This document shows positions 19,018-28,194 of a stretch of DNA of 64,000 nt, one piece after another (positions within the stretch are counted from its first letter, which is position 1; each line of letters starts with the position of its first letter). The notes under the pieces were generated by a model that was not told where the DNA came from, searched no databases, and saw only the letters and a program-made list of their open reading frames with translations. Where the stretch lies: NCBI GenBank assembly GCA_034666125.1, contig JAXDML010000010.1, forward strand, positions 52,260 to 116,259, read 5' to 3'. This stretch comes from Candidatus Parcubacteria bacterium. GTDB lineage: Bacteria > Patescibacteriota > Minisyncoccia > Phycocordibacterales > Phycocordibacteraceae. The translations under genes were made by a program, and so were the position numbers.

Positions 19018-20037
19018 ATGATCCGTGTCGCAATCAACGGTTTCGGGCGCATCGGACGCGCCTTCGTGCGCGAGGCGTGGAGTGATCCAGACATCACGCT
19101 CGTTGCCGTGAACGATCTCGGCTCGATCGAGAACCTCGCGTATCTCCTCAAATACGACACGGTGTACGGCCGCGCACCTTTCCCGGTGTCGGTTGCCGGC
19201 GGTTCGCTGGTCATCGACAACGAGCCAGTGAAGTTCCTGTCCGAGAAGGACCCTGCGGCGCTCCCGTGGAAGGAACTCAATATCGACGTGGTCGTGGAGT
19301 CGACCGGGTTCTTCGCCGAATACGAGAAGGCTAAAGCGCATATCGACGCTGGTGCGCGTCGCGTCGTCATCACCGCGCCTGTAAAGGACGAGTCACCGCT
19401 CGGCGCGACCGTTCTCATGGGACTCGACGAGGAGGGGGAGTCGGAGAAGTTCAAGACCTGCCCGATAACGAGCAACGCCTCCTGCACGACCAACTCCGCG
19501 AGCCCGGTCATCGCGATCATGGATGAGGCGATCGGCATCGAGAAGGCCATCCTCTCGACGACCCACGCGTATACCGCAAGCCAGTCGATCGTCGACGGAC
19601 CGTCGAAGAAGGACATGCGCGAGGGAAGGGCGGCAGCGCAGAACATCGTCCCGACCTCGACCGGCGCCGCCATCGCCGTTACGAAGGCGTATCCGTCCCT
19701 GGCCGGGAAGTTCGACGGCATCTCGCTGCGCGTTCCCGTTCCCGCAGGTTCCATGGCGGACATCACGTTCCTCGCGAAGCGTGATACGACCGCGGAAGAG
19801 GTGAACGATATCCTGCGGAAGGCAGCCTCGGACCCTCGGTGGAAAGGCATCTTCAGCGCGACCGACGAGGAGCTCGTCTCAAGCGACATCGTGGGACAGC
19901 GCTTCGCGTCGATCGCTGACCTCTCCATGACGCGCGTCGTGGACGGGAACCTGGTGAAGGTGCTCGCCTGGTATGACAACGAGGCGGGATATACCCACAC
20001 GCTCGTCGAGCACGTGCGGAAAGCGGGGAAAGCCTAG
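19018..20037 (+). CDS. gap: Glyceraldehyde-3-phosphate dehydrogenase, type I
   Basis: INGFGRIGR, SNASCTTN, WYDNE. Confidence 0.97.
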   Translation: MIRVAINGFGRIGRAFVREAWSDPDITLVAVNDLGSIENLAYLLKYDTVYGRAPFPVSVAGGSLVIDNEPVKFLSEKDPAALPWKELNIDVVVESTGFFAEYEKAKAHIDAGARRVVITAPVKDESPLGATVLMGLDEEGESEKFKTCPITSNASCTTNSASPVIAIMDEAIGIEKAILSTTHAYTASQSIVDGPSKKDMREGRAAAQNIVPTSTGAAIAVTKAYPSLAGKFDGISLRVPVPAGSMADITFLAKRDTTAEEVNDILRKAASDPRWKGIFSATDEELVSSDIVGQRFASIADLSMTRVVDGNLVKVLAWYDNEAGYTHTLVEHVRKAGKA

Positions 20038-20079
20038 CGTTCACTGTTCCTACACGCCGTATCCGCTCTACTCATCCTA

Positions 20080-20589
20080 ATGACTGATCCTGTGACCCAA
20101 CCCAAGCAGATCGTATTCATCGCCGCCGACCATGCGGGCTTCCGCCTCAAGGAGGCGCTCAAGGAGCACCTGGCGATATTGGGGCAGGACGTGCGCGATT
20201 GCGGCGCATTCGAACCCGACCCGGAAGACGATTACCCGGACTTCATGACGCCGCTCGCAAAGTCGGTGGCGGAGACTCCTGGCGCGTACGGCGTCATGTG
20301 CGGCGGCAGCGGGCAGGGGGAGGCCATGTGCGCGAACCGCGTATCCGGCGTCCGCGCCGCCGTCTTCTATGGACCTATCTCCGCGAAGGAGGTACTCGAC
20401 CGCGAAGGCGGGTTCTCTGAGGACGGATACGACGCCGTGCGGCTGTCCCGTCGCCACAACAACGCGAACGTCCTTTCCTTGGGCGCACGATTCGTTTCCA
20501 TACTCGAAGCGACCGAAGCCCTCCGCATCTTCCTTTCCACCGAATACACGGCCGACCCGCGCCACGTGCGGCGGCTGGGGAAGTTCTAA
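20080..20589 (+). CDS. rpiB: Ribose-5-phosphate isomerase B (RpiB/LacA/LacB family)
   Basis: ADHAGFRLK, DDYPD, GGSGQGE, RRHNNANVL. Confidence 0.92.
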   Translation: MTDPVTQPKQIVFIAADHAGFRLKEALKEHLAILGQDVRDCGAFEPDPEDDYPDFMTPLAKSVAETPGAYGVMCGGSGQGEAMCANRVSGVRAAVFYGPISAKEVLDREGGFSEDGYDAVRLSRRHNNANVLSLGARFVSILEATEALRIFLSTEYTADPRHVRRLGKF

Positions 20590-20622
20590 ACCTAGGAAGT
20601 GCGTTGCTAGTACACTAAAGAC

Positions 20623-20874
20623 ATGTCGGAGGTTCAATTCACAGAGGAGTCCTTCCATACAAGCACTAAAAAGAAGCCTTCTCGCGGCCTTACCGCGCTC
20701 CTTATCCGTGCCGGCTTTGCGAAAGACGAGCGTCAGGCAGGCATGCTCATGCTCGTGGTAGCGGCTATCTGCATCGTTGCGGCGATAGCCTTCATCGCGC
20801 TCTCCACCGGCGGCCCAGGGCCGCTTTCCCCGGAGGAGCGGCGTCAGCTCGAGGAATCGACGCGCCCTCGCTAG
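20623..20874 (+). CDS. Small single-TM hypothetical protein
   Basis: 83 aa, one hydrophobic helix; TACACT 6 nt before ATG. Confidence 0.7.
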   Translation: MSEVQFTEESFHTSTKKKPSRGLTALLIRAGFAKDERQAGMLMLVVAAICIVAAIAFIALSTGGPGPLSPEERRQLEESTRPR

Positions 20875-20876
20875 CC

Positions 20877-21374
20877 ATGGTCACGTTGCGCCAGCGCGGC
20901 TTCACCCTCATCGAACTCCTCGTAGTGGTAGCTATCATAGGTCTCCTGTCTTCGATCGTCCTCGCTTCGCTCAATGCGGCCCGGATAAAGGGAAGGAATT
21001 CAGCTGTGCAGCAGGAGATGCGCCAATTCGCGACCCTGCTCGAACTCGAGTTCGACGATACTAAGTCGTACAACGGCCTCAAGTGGACTTGGATGTATAC
21101 GCCTGCGGATTGCACGAACGCCTTCTCATCCGCGAGCCGCTACGTGGCGAACGCGCGAAGCATATGCGCGAACATCGTCTCGAACAGCCGTGCACTCTCG
21201 ATACAATCTCCGCAAAGCAATCCTACCGCCCAGATGGTGACCTATTCGATCATGGTGATGCTCAAGGACTCCGATATCTACTACTGCCGCGGAAGCAACG
21301 GCGCATCTTCATGGAACGTACCCATCTCGGGTCCGACGAACAACCCCGGCTGCTACAACGACCCCACGCTCTAA
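20877..21374 (+). CDS. Type IV pilin-like protein
   Basis: Class III signal QRG/FTLIELLVVVAIIGLLSSIVLASL; 4 Cys in globular part. Confidence 0.92.
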   Translation: MVTLRQRGFTLIELLVVVAIIGLLSSIVLASLNAARIKGRNSAVQQEMRQFATLLELEFDDTKSYNGLKWTWMYTPADCTNAFSSASRYVANARSICANIVSNSRALSIQSPQSNPTAQMVTYSIMVMLKDSDIYYCRGSNGASSWNVPISGPTNNPGCYNDPTL

Positions 21375-21426
21375 TACGCACCGCGTCCCGGATGCTTTGA
21401 AGTAAAAGCGCTATACTTCTTATGTT

Positions 21427-22140
21427 ATGGTTGCAATCATCCCTGCCATCCTGCCGACCTCGCGCGAAGACCTCGACGCGCGGCTTAACCGGCTCCACGG
21501 CATCACGGAGCGGGTGCAGATAGACGTCGTCGACGGGCGGTTCGTCACGCCCGCGTCCTGGCCCTATGCGCAGAAAGTGGACGTGCAAAAGCTCACGGAA
21601 GATTCGCTTCCCGAACTCGGCTCGTTCCGCTTCGAGATCGACCTCATGGCGGAAGAGCCTGAGAAGTCCATCGGTCCCTGGATACGGGCAGGAGCGACGC
21701 GCATCACGGTGCATGCTGAAACCACGCGGAGACTCCCCGACCTCATCCGCGACTTCCAGGTCACGTACGGGCATGACAAGGGCTTCGCGCCGGGGCTCAT
21801 CGCCTTCGGGCTCGCGATCAACCTCGCGACCGACACCTCGCTCATCGAGCCGTACCTCGACCAGTGCGACTACGTCCAGTTCATGGGCATCGCGCGGATC
21901 GGGAAGCAGGGCGAGCCGTTCGCTCCGGCAGTCCTCCCGAAGATCCATGCGTTCCATCGCAAGTACCCCGACATGCTCATACAGGTCGATGGCGGCGTAT
22001 CCCGCGAGACCGCGCCGCGCCTCCTTGCGGCCGGCGCGTCGCGGCTTATCGTGGGCTCCGATCTCTGGAACGCCCCTAACCTCGGACGCGAGATGAAGGA
22101 GCTCTGCGACATCGCGGAGACGCGCGGGCTCTACACGTAA
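21427..22140 (+). CDS. rpe: Ribulose-phosphate 3-epimerase family
   Basis: IIPAIL, QIDVVDGRFV, VQFMG...GKQG, IQVDGGV, IVGS. Confidence 0.88.
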   Translation: MVAIIPAILPTSREDLDARLNRLHGITERVQIDVVDGRFVTPASWPYAQKVDVQKLTEDSLPELGSFRFEIDLMAEEPEKSIGPWIRAGATRITVHAETTRRLPDLIRDFQVTYGHDKGFAPGLIAFGLAINLATDTSLIEPYLDQCDYVQFMGIARIGKQGEPFAPAVLPKIHAFHRKYPDMLIQVDGGVSRETAPRLLAAGASRLIVGSDLWNAPNLGREMKELCDIAETRGLYT

Positions 22141-22160
22141 CGCGTGGTATCCTTTCGTTG

Positions 22161-23018
22161 ATGGCCCTTACGGACTCCGAAGTACAGGCGCTCGAAGAAA
22201 GGGCGACAGCGATACGCGAGACGATACTCTCCATGCTCGTATCGGCGGGAAGCGGGCACACCGCAGGTCCGCTCGGCATGACCGACATCTTCACCGCCTT
22301 CTATTTCCATATCCTCGCCCACGATCCGAAGAGCCCTGACGATCCCTCACGCGACTATCTGATACTTTCGAACGGACACATCGCCCCGGTACGATACGCG
22401 ACGATGGCGCATGCGGGATACTTCCCGGTAGAGGAGTGCCAGACGCTCCGCAAGTTCGGCTCGCGCCTGCAGGGGCATCCGGAGCGCACCAAGCTCCCCG
22501 GGCTCGAGACCACGTCCGGGCCGCTCGGTTCAGGACTTTCGCAAGCCTCCGGTATCGCGTACGCGCTCCGCATGGACGACAAGAAAAACCGGGTGTATTG
22601 CTTGATGAGCGACGGCGAGCAGCAGGAGGGGAATACGTGGGAGGCCGCAATGTTCGCGGGAAAGTATAAGCTTTCGAATATGACGGCGGTCATGGACCGC
22701 AACAATATCCAGATCGACGGCATGACGGAGGACATCATGCCGCTCGAGTCCCTGCGCGCGAAATACGAGGCCTTCAACTGGCACGTGCTCGAGGTGAACG
22801 GACACGACATCCCGGCCTTCATCGCAGCGGTCGAAGAGTCGAAGGCCATCTATGAGAAGCCGACCCTCATCATCGCGCATACCATCCCCGGCAAGGGCGT
22901 GAAGGAGATCGAGTTCGACTATAGATGGCATGGCAAGCCGCCGTCTAAGGAAGAAGTCGTGCGGTTCTTGAAGGAAATTCGATCGCTGAAAGGCCGGGTG
23001 CCGGGAGAATATGCATAG
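22161..23018 (+). CDS. Transketolase N-terminal (TPP-binding) subunit
   Basis: SGHTAG, SNGH, LQGHP, SDGEQQEG...WEA, HTIPGKG, WHG. Confidence 0.95.
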   Translation: MALTDSEVQALEERATAIRETILSMLVSAGSGHTAGPLGMTDIFTAFYFHILAHDPKSPDDPSRDYLILSNGHIAPVRYATMAHAGYFPVEECQTLRKFGSRLQGHPERTKLPGLETTSGPLGSGLSQASGIAYALRMDDKKNRVYCLMSDGEQQEGNTWEAAMFAGKYKLSNMTAVMDRNNIQIDGMTEDIMPLESLRAKYEAFNWHVLEVNGHDIPAFIAAVEESKAIYEKPTLIIAHTIPGKGVKEIEFDYRWHGKPPSKEEVVRFLKEIRSLKGRVPGEYA

Positions 23019-23412
23019 TATGGAAGCACTTGAGGACGAGATTCGCGAATACCTTGTCGAGCGCAAGTGGGACCAGCTCCGGCCCGGCGACCTCGCCAAA
23101 TCGGTCGCCATAGAGGCCGGGGAACTCCTGGAGCTGTTCCAGTGGGACAATCCGTCGCTTGCCGAAGTGAAGGCGAATCCGGAGCGTCTCGCGGAGATAC
23201 GGAAAGAACTTGCCGATGTCCTGCTCTACTGCCTCGATATAGCGGTGCTGCTTGAGTTTGATACGGTACAGGTCGTAAAGGACAAGCTTGAGAAAGTGAG
23301 GCACAAGTATCCTGCAGCGCTCTTCAAGGATCGCGCGGAGGGGACCGACGCCGGTACCGAGGATATTTATTGGCAGATAAAAAGAGAGCACCGCCAAAAA
23401 GGAACATCATGA
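23011..23412 (+). CDS. MazG-like (dCTP pyrophosphatase-type) nucleotide pyrophosphohydrolase
   Basis: EAGELLELFQW...KELADVLLY...KYP; start may be ATG 23020. Confidence 0.88.
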   Translation: MHSMEALEDEIREYLVERKWDQLRPGDLAKSVAIEAGELLELFQWDNPSLAEVKANPERLAEIRKELADVLLYCLDIAVLLEFDTVQVVKDKLEKVRHKYPAALFKDRAEGTDAGTEDIYWQIKREHRQKGTS

Positions 23413-24398
23413 TCAGTCCCGCTGCAAAACTCGTCGAGAACGTTTTCGATAAGGATATAGAAAGGAAACCGACGCGCGACGGTTTCGGTCTCGGCACCGT
23501 GGAAGCGGGGAAAGCCGACCCGAACGTGGTCGTCCTTTGTGCCGACCTCAAGGAATCGACGCGCGCCGAGTGGTTCGAGAAGGAGTTCCCGGACCGCTTC
23601 GTCGAGATGGGAGTGGCCGAGCAGAATATGGCGACCGTAGCCGCAGGCATGGCTGCGGTCGGGAAGATACCTTTTATAGCGTCGTACGCGGCCTTCAGTC
23701 CCGGACGCAACTACGAGCAGATACGCACGACCATCGCGTTGAACGACGTGCCGGTGAAGGTCTGCGGCATGCACGCGGGCGTGTCGGTGGGTCCCGACGG
23801 CGCGACCCATCAGATGCTCGAGGATGTCGGCATGATGCGCATGCTGCCGAATATGGTCGTCATCAATCCCGGAGATGCTGAGGAGGCGAGGAAGGCCGTA
23901 GTCGCTGCAGCGAAGCATCCGGGTCCCGTGTACCTACGGTTCGGGCGTTCGGGGGTGCCGGTCTTCACGACTGCCGATACGCCGTTCGAGATAGGGAAGG
24001 CGCTCACGCTCTGGGAGGACGAAAGACCGAAGGTGGCGCTCCTTTCGACCGGCGGACTTTCATACGCGGCGGTCCAGGCGGCGCGCGCGCTGAGCGCGGA
24101 CGGCGTCGGTGCCATCGTACTGCACGTGCCGACCATCAAGCCTCTCGACGAGGAAGCGGTCATAGCTGTCGCGAAGCGCGCAGGAAAGGTCGTCACCATC
24201 GAGGAGCACCAGACCATGGGCGGCTTCGGGAGTGCGGTCAGCGAACTCCTATCAGAGAAGTTTCCCGTACGCATCAAACGGCTCGGCATCGACGACCAGT
24301 TCGGTCAGTCGGGAGAGCCAGACGAGCTTCTCGCCCACTATGGGCTTTCGGCTCCGGGTATCGTCGAAGAGGCGCAGAAACTGATACGAAATGCTTAA
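23409..24398 (+). CDS. Transketolase C-terminal subunit
   Basis: GVAEQNM, GPDGATHQ, YLRFGR, TIKPLD, EEH; ATG 23409 forms an ATGA overlap with the upstream stop. Confidence 0.95.
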   Translation: MISPAAKLVENVFDKDIERKPTRDGFGLGTVEAGKADPNVVVLCADLKESTRAEWFEKEFPDRFVEMGVAEQNMATVAAGMAAVGKIPFIASYAAFSPGRNYEQIRTTIALNDVPVKVCGMHAGVSVGPDGATHQMLEDVGMMRMLPNMVVINPGDAEEARKAVVAAAKHPGPVYLRFGRSGVPVFTTADTPFEIGKALTLWEDERPKVALLSTGGLSYAAVQAARALSADGVGAIVLHVPTIKPLDEEAVIAVAKRAGKVVTIEEHQTMGGFGSAVSELLSEKFPVRIKRLGIDDQFGQSGEPDELLAHYGLSAPGIVEEAQKLIRNA

Positions 24399-24555
24399 GC
24401 GCCATATCAGTATCTATATGGGTGCGCTCCTTATAACGGTTTTGGGTGCCGCAGCGACAGTAGCGATTACACGCACGGCAGCAGAGGTCGATTCTTTTAT
24501 GTATACGGATACATATTTTGCGCCTACAGGCGAAGGGTCCGAGAGTGCTGAATAG
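24391..24555 (+). CDS. Small (54 aa) single-TM protein, below ORF-track cutoff
   Basis: MLKRHISIYMGALLITVLGAAATVAITRTAAEVDSFMYTDTYFAPTGEGSESAE; basic N-term, hydrophobic core, acidic tail; overlaps the tkt stop. Confidence 0.55.
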   Translation: MLKRHISIYMGALLITVLGAAATVAITRTAAEVDSFMYTDTYFAPTGEGSESAE

Positions 24556-24667
24556 TCGAGTTCGAAACCTACTCTCTCAACAAATAAACAGAAGACCGCC
24601 CACCGAGAAAGGGGACCCGGTGGGTCGGCTTTCTGCGATGAGCGGGTGCTCAGCGACTTTGGCTTCC

Positions 24668-24901
24668 TTAGCCGAGATTCGTTCTTCCTGCCTCGCGACC
24701 GAGCATAAGGAGGAACGCGACGACTGCGATAATGATCAGGTTGGCGATCCAGTCCCATTGCAGCCACAGGTGAAGAAGGGCGGCGTTGGCCAGCAGCAGG
24801 GCGGCGAAAATCACGAACGTGTGCCACCTCACTTCACCAAGGAACCGCATGGAAAGGGCGGACAGGGCCAGAGCCCAGAGGTAGAGGTAATAGGGGTACA
24901 T
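24668..24901 (-). CDS. Small multi-TM hypothetical protein
   Basis: 77 aa, about 3 hydrophobic helices; strong SD (GAGGAGG) upstream of ATG. Confidence 0.7.
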   Translation of the reverse strand: MYPYYLYLWALALSALSMRFLGEVRWHTFVIFAALLLANAALLHLWLQWDWIANLIIIAVVAFLLMLGREAGRTNLG

Positions 24902-25040
24902 CCCAGCCTCCTCACATTCGAGTTTCAGAACGTCATCACCATATCAATACTCTCAACTCTTGTCTACGACAAGAAGGCGGGATGTCTTTGGGAAGTTCCA
25001 ACATCGTCCCAGACTGCCAGCAATAAGTTAGAATTTCTGA

Positions 25041-25508
25041 ATGCGTTCAGTGGAATCTCTAATAGATCCAGAGAAATATCAGGTATTTCTTATGAGTTGC
25101 CCGGCGAGTTTGCCGCTTAGCTTTGCGGTACACCCGTGGTTTGTAGTTAATAGGAAGGGAGAAGTCTCACGTTGGGAAGTCACCTGGCGACCGACAATGC
25201 GTTCAACAGAAAAGTCATGGACTCATCTTAGGCGCAATATGCTGCCTCCGTTCTATGGGCTTCGCATCCTTCGTTCTTGGGAGAGATGCCGATGGAAGGG
25301 TAAGCTGCTTGATTTTATCGAAGGAGACGAATCGTCTTTGGCAGCACGTATGGTTAAAAGTATTGAAGAGTCTTCAACTACCTACCCGAACAAAGATACC
25401 TATTCTTTTACCGGTCCCAACAGCAACACGTATATTCAGTGGATCCTTGATCAGTTCCCGGAGGCGCATATGAACCTTCCCTGGAATTCGTTCGGCAAGT
25501 CCTGGTGA
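25041..25508 (+). CDS. DUF3750-like protein, copy 1
   Basis: AVHPWFVV and YSFTGPNSNTYIQW motifs; TAGAAT 6 nt before ATG. Confidence 0.75.
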   Translation: MRSVESLIDPEKYQVFLMSCPASLPLSFAVHPWFVVNRKGEVSRWEVTWRPTMRSTEKSWTHLRRNMLPPFYGLRILRSWERCRWKGKLLDFIEGDESSLAARMVKSIEESSTTYPNKDTYSFTGPNSNTYIQWILDQFPEAHMNLPWNSFGKSW

Positions 25509-25538
25509 ACAACCCGCAAGACTCCCGGCTACTTCGCA

Positions 25539-26375
25539 CTAAGCGGTTGTCGTAGATTGAGGTTCTACTTCAACCGACAAAGCCAGATGGTCCGAGCCGG
25601 AGGCGACGGTCTCTGCATGAACCCTGGTCCAGTGCGGCGATATGAAAATATGGTCGAGGGCTCTCTGAAGAAATCTAGGAAGGAAGACTGGGCAGGTCAG
25701 TTTCTCATCCGGGTCTGCAGATACGAGCCCTAACAACCTGAAGCTGGGGTTTGCATACAGTGCGGTTTCATTCTCATTCCAATCGCCCGCAAGGACGGCC
25801 TCATTTCCGAGTGCACGCTCCTTCGTAGTCATCTCTGCGATATACGCGAGCTGTTTGACGAACATGGCGGGATTCCGGTAAGTGAGGTGCACGCCGAATA
25901 TAGTTAGCGGTCTTGCCTTTAGGCGAATGCCCGCCATGCCGGCTCCGCCTCCCATGCTTGGGCGCTGGGGCATGGAACACGGAATGATCTCGCCCGGCTC
26001 TTTCGTTGCGACCACGATGGAAATGGTCGTGCCGGGGTAATGCTCGCTTAAACCCCATGCGATGGTCTGGAATCCCATAGCACGAAGCTCTCTTTCGATG
26101 CGCTCGTGGTACAGCTCGTATAGCGCCTCGTTAAGTATCAAGATATCCGGTGCTATACGCTGTATAAGCTCTAAATACGGGTCAAGATACTGATGCTTCT
26201 TCACATAGGCGATCCGCTTCCCCTTCGATATGCGGGAACTCCTGCCGCGCAGGAAAGGGAAGAACTCATACGTCAGTACGCCCCATCCATGCATGTGCAG
26301 ATGGCGCTTAAGGTTCGTGGCAAACCGATCCATGCCGGTGAAGCCGAAGGCAGTATTGATCGTCAGGATCTTCAT
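25539..26375 (-). CDS. Endonuclease/exonuclease/phosphatase (EEP) family protein, copy 1
   Basis: ILTIN, DILILNE, HL, LAGDWN, LDHIF, SDH. Confidence 0.9.
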   Translation of the reverse strand: MKILTINTAFGFTGMDRFATNLKRHLHMHGWGVLTYEFFPFLRGRSSRISKGKRIAYVKKHQYLDPYLELIQRIAPDILILNEALYELYHERIERELRAMGFQTIAWGLSEHYPGTTISIVVATKEPGEIIPCSMPQRPSMGGGAGMAGIRLKARPLTIFGVHLTYRNPAMFVKQLAYIAEMTTKERALGNEAVLAGDWNENETALYANPSFRLLGLVSADPDEKLTCPVFLPRFLQRALDHIFISPHWTRVHAETVASGSDHLALSVEVEPQSTTTA

Positions 26376-26387
26376 AGAAGCTAACCG

Positions 26388-27221
26388 CTAAGGACTTATT
26401 AGTTCCGATACGACTGCTAAGTGATCGGATCCGAACGATCTGTAGTGCGTATCGGATGCGCGCCATCCGGGAGGCAGGAATACGTGGTCGTAGTCGAACC
26501 GGAGGAACGTGGGCCCGAGGAGCGTAGTCGGTTGCTTGGTAACGGTCGATAATCCCAGCGCCCTGAATGAAGGAATGCGATCGAGGCCTTTCGCACGTTG
26601 GTTGAAGTCGCCCGCAAGGATGCATATTCGACCGTTGCTCCCTTCGGTCTTGTAGATGCCGATCAGGTCTTGAACCTGGCGTTCCGATAGGCTGCGTAGG
26701 CCCACGGTCAGATGCGCACCGACGATAGTCACCGCTTGTTTTTCAAGCCTCAATCCCGAGATGCCGGCACCGCCTGAGATCTGCTGGAGCTGCGTCATCG
26801 TCGGCGCGAATCCATCATCAAGGCACGGTAGGCGTGAAGCGACCACGGCCGTAGCCGTAAGGTGGGGAGGCTGCAAACTCTTGCCCCAACCGATATGAGC
26901 GAATCCTAACTCCTCAAGTCCTTTTCTCAAAGGTTCCTCGTGGATCTGATGCAGGATCTCGGTCAGTACGACGATGTCTGGCTTTTCTTCCGCAATGAGC
27001 GCAAGCACGGGACGTACTGTGCTATGCGCGGAGAAGAAGGCGATACCTTTCCGACCTGGCCCCGTATTGTAATTGAAAATACTCCCGAACCGGCCGCTGG
27101 TGAGTAGGTAGGGAAATATCTTCCAACCATAAAGCTTGATGAGCGAAGATAAACATCGGACCACTGAATCCGAACCCGGGATCCCGAGCGCGATATTCGC
27201 GGTCATGATCTTCAATGACAT
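26388..27221 (-). CDS. EEP family protein, copy 2
   Basis: IMTAN, DIVVLTE, HL, LAGDFN, YDHVF, SDH; ATG 27221 is 6 nt after TACTAT. Confidence 0.9.
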   Translation of the reverse strand: MSLKIMTANIALGIPGSDSVVRCLSSLIKLYGWKIFPYLLTSGRFGSIFNYNTGPGRKGIAFFSAHSTVRPVLALIAEEKPDIVVLTEILHQIHEEPLRKGLEELGFAHIGWGKSLQPPHLTATAVVASRLPCLDDGFAPTMTQLQQISGGAGISGLRLEKQAVTIVGAHLTVGLRSLSERQVQDLIGIYKTEGSNGRICILAGDFNQRAKGLDRIPSFRALGLSTVTKQPTTLLGPTFLRFDYDHVFLPPGWRASDTHYRSFGSDHLAVVSELISP

Positions 27222-27264
27222 GGAAAGATAGTAACACCGAGCCAACAGTTGCTATGCTGGAAAC

Positions 27265-27738
27265 ATGGACGGAAAAGCGGCAGAAAAGCTCCTTAGACCG
27301 GATCGATATCAGGTCTTTTTGATGATAGGCCGATCACAGGTCCTCTTCGCACCGCACCCCTGGTTTGTAGTGAATAAGAAGGGAATCGTATCCCGCTGGG
27401 CGATCGGTCTCAGGACTATGAGGAGAAATCCCCGGTGGGGTTACATAAACAAAGACGCCCTCCCTCCTTTCGCGGGCGTCCCGATACTTTGGCCGATCTG
27501 GAAAAGTACGCTGGTGGGATACGTTGAAGGAGGGGAGGGCTCCTTAGCGGCGCGAATGATAGAGCGCATTGAGGGCTCCTATGAATCTTATCCGTACCGC
27601 GATAGGTACACTCTCACCGGCCCCAACAGCAACACGTACGTACAATGGCTTCTCGATCAATTTCCGGAGTCGGGACTCAAGCTTCCATGGAACGCGTTCG
27701 GGAAAGGGTATAGAAGGTTCGGAGCCCCCGTGACGTAG
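27265..27738 (+). CDS. DUF3750-like protein, copy 2
   Basis: APHPWFVVN and YTLTGPNSNTYVQW; clear paralogue of 25041-25508. Confidence 0.75.
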   Translation: MDGKAAEKLLRPDRYQVFLMIGRSQVLFAPHPWFVVNKKGIVSRWAIGLRTMRRNPRWGYINKDALPPFAGVPILWPIWKSTLVGYVEGGEGSLAARMIERIEGSYESYPYRDRYTLTGPNSNTYVQWLLDQFPESGLKLPWNAFGKGYRRFGAPVT

Positions 27739-27759
27739 AAGCCGCGCTATACTTTATGT

Positions 27760-28161
27760 ATGGAAGAGAAAAAGCCGGCGGAACGCTTCTCGGTCGTTAA
27801 GCGCGCGAAGAGCTTTACCCACGCCGGGCGAGGTCTTTGGATCTTCGTGCGAACGACGCACAACGCTTGGGTGCACCTCTTCGTCCTGGTCTTGGCGATA
27901 CTGCTCGGGATCTATTTCCACATTTCGTACATCGACTGGATGCTCCTTATTTTTGCAGGTGGCATGGTACTTGCCGCCGAAGCGTTCAATACGGCGATCG
28001 AAATAGATATCGATCTGACCTCGCCCGAATATCATCCCTATGCACGGGACACCAAGGATGTTGCCGCTGGCGCCGTCCTTATCTCGGCAGTGACCGCCGC
28101 GCTGATAGGCGTCGGCATATTCGGCCACTACTTCGTCGACCTCCTGGGCGGACTGCACTAA
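27760..28161 (+). CDS. dgkA: Diacylglycerol/undecaprenol kinase (DgkA family)
   Basis: Three TM; AEAFNTAIE...D, KDVAAGAV. Confidence 0.9.
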   Translation: MEEKKPAERFSVVKRAKSFTHAGRGLWIFVRTTHNAWVHLFVLVLAILLGIYFHISYIDWMLLIFAGGMVLAAEAFNTAIEIDIDLTSPEYHPYARDTKDVAAGAVLISAVTAALIGVGIFGHYFVDLLGGLH

Positions 28162-28194
28162 GGGAGAATGTCGTTTGGGCGAGTTAGCGAGTAT

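Noticed and set aside
19011-20000. 329-aa antisense ORF over gap
   Set aside because: Shadow of high-GC3 coding on the opposite strand
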